Origin: Balamuthia mandrillaris | Taxonomy: Eukaryota | DNA length: 64,000 nt | Reading direction: 5' to 3' | NCBI GenBank assembly: GCA_031835245.2 | Contig: JAVKOQ020000048.1 | Span: 1-64,000, forward strand | Shown: in pieces, positions 63,847 through 64,000 of the stretch | How positions within the stretch are numbered: the stretch's first letter is position 1 | Layout: each line of letters begins with the position of its first letter | The notes under the pieces: generated by a model | The model's input: the letters and a program-made list of their open reading frames with translations, nothing else | The model's database searches: none | Told to the model about the DNA's origin: nothing | Translations under genes and position numbers: made by a program

Positions 63847-64000
63847 ACGTCCTCTCCTCCTCTTCTCTTTACATTCTTCTTAACTATGTCCTTTTGTTAG
63901 TGTGTTATTGGGAGCTGATGAAATTGGACCCGAAGGAGCTCAAGTATGCTGTCCTTCTTTTTCTTCTTGTTCTTGTTCTTGTTCTTGTTCTTGTTCTTGT
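63394..64000 (+). CDS. 5' part of a possible RNI-like LRR protein (runs off the window)
   Basis: ATG at 63394, short GT-AG exons, LRR-like GPEGTHALMSSLKFNTTVE. Confidence 0.35.

Overview
Gene-dense, intron-rich eukaryotic DNA full of microsatellites. The gene content (Frizzled/Smoothened-like GPCRs, ABP34, a Clu-LRR protein) suggests a free-living amoebozoan; this is inference only. About 20 spliced host genes can be read: a frameshifted WD40 gene, two Fsl-like GPCRs, a WRKY/FLYWCH-like ORF, an ammonium transporter-ankyrin fusion, an F-box/ARM protein, mono-ubiquitin, sideroflexin, an aegerolysin-like plus COPI-C-like fusion, arylamine N-acetyltransferase, an AFG2-family AAA ATPase, a DP transcription factor, a carnitine acyltransferase, an IQ-DH-PH RhoGEF, a USP53/54-like DUB, ABP34, syntaxin-6, Clu-LRR and asparagine synthetase. 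Four observations stand out. (1) An 8,211-bp CACTA/Plavaka-like (CMC) transposon at 3713-11923, with CAC(T/A)G termini and a 2-bp TG target-site duplication, sits inside a GPCR exon; it carries a transposase that splices intact plus two divergently oriented unknown genes. (2) The Amt has Gln in place of the second pore histidine and about 12 C-terminal ankyrin repeats, making it a candidate ammonium sensor. (3) The DP gene has an altered RRxYD motif and paired E2F sites upstream. (4) There are several unusual domain fusions. All family calls come from motif recognition by eye; no database searches were run.
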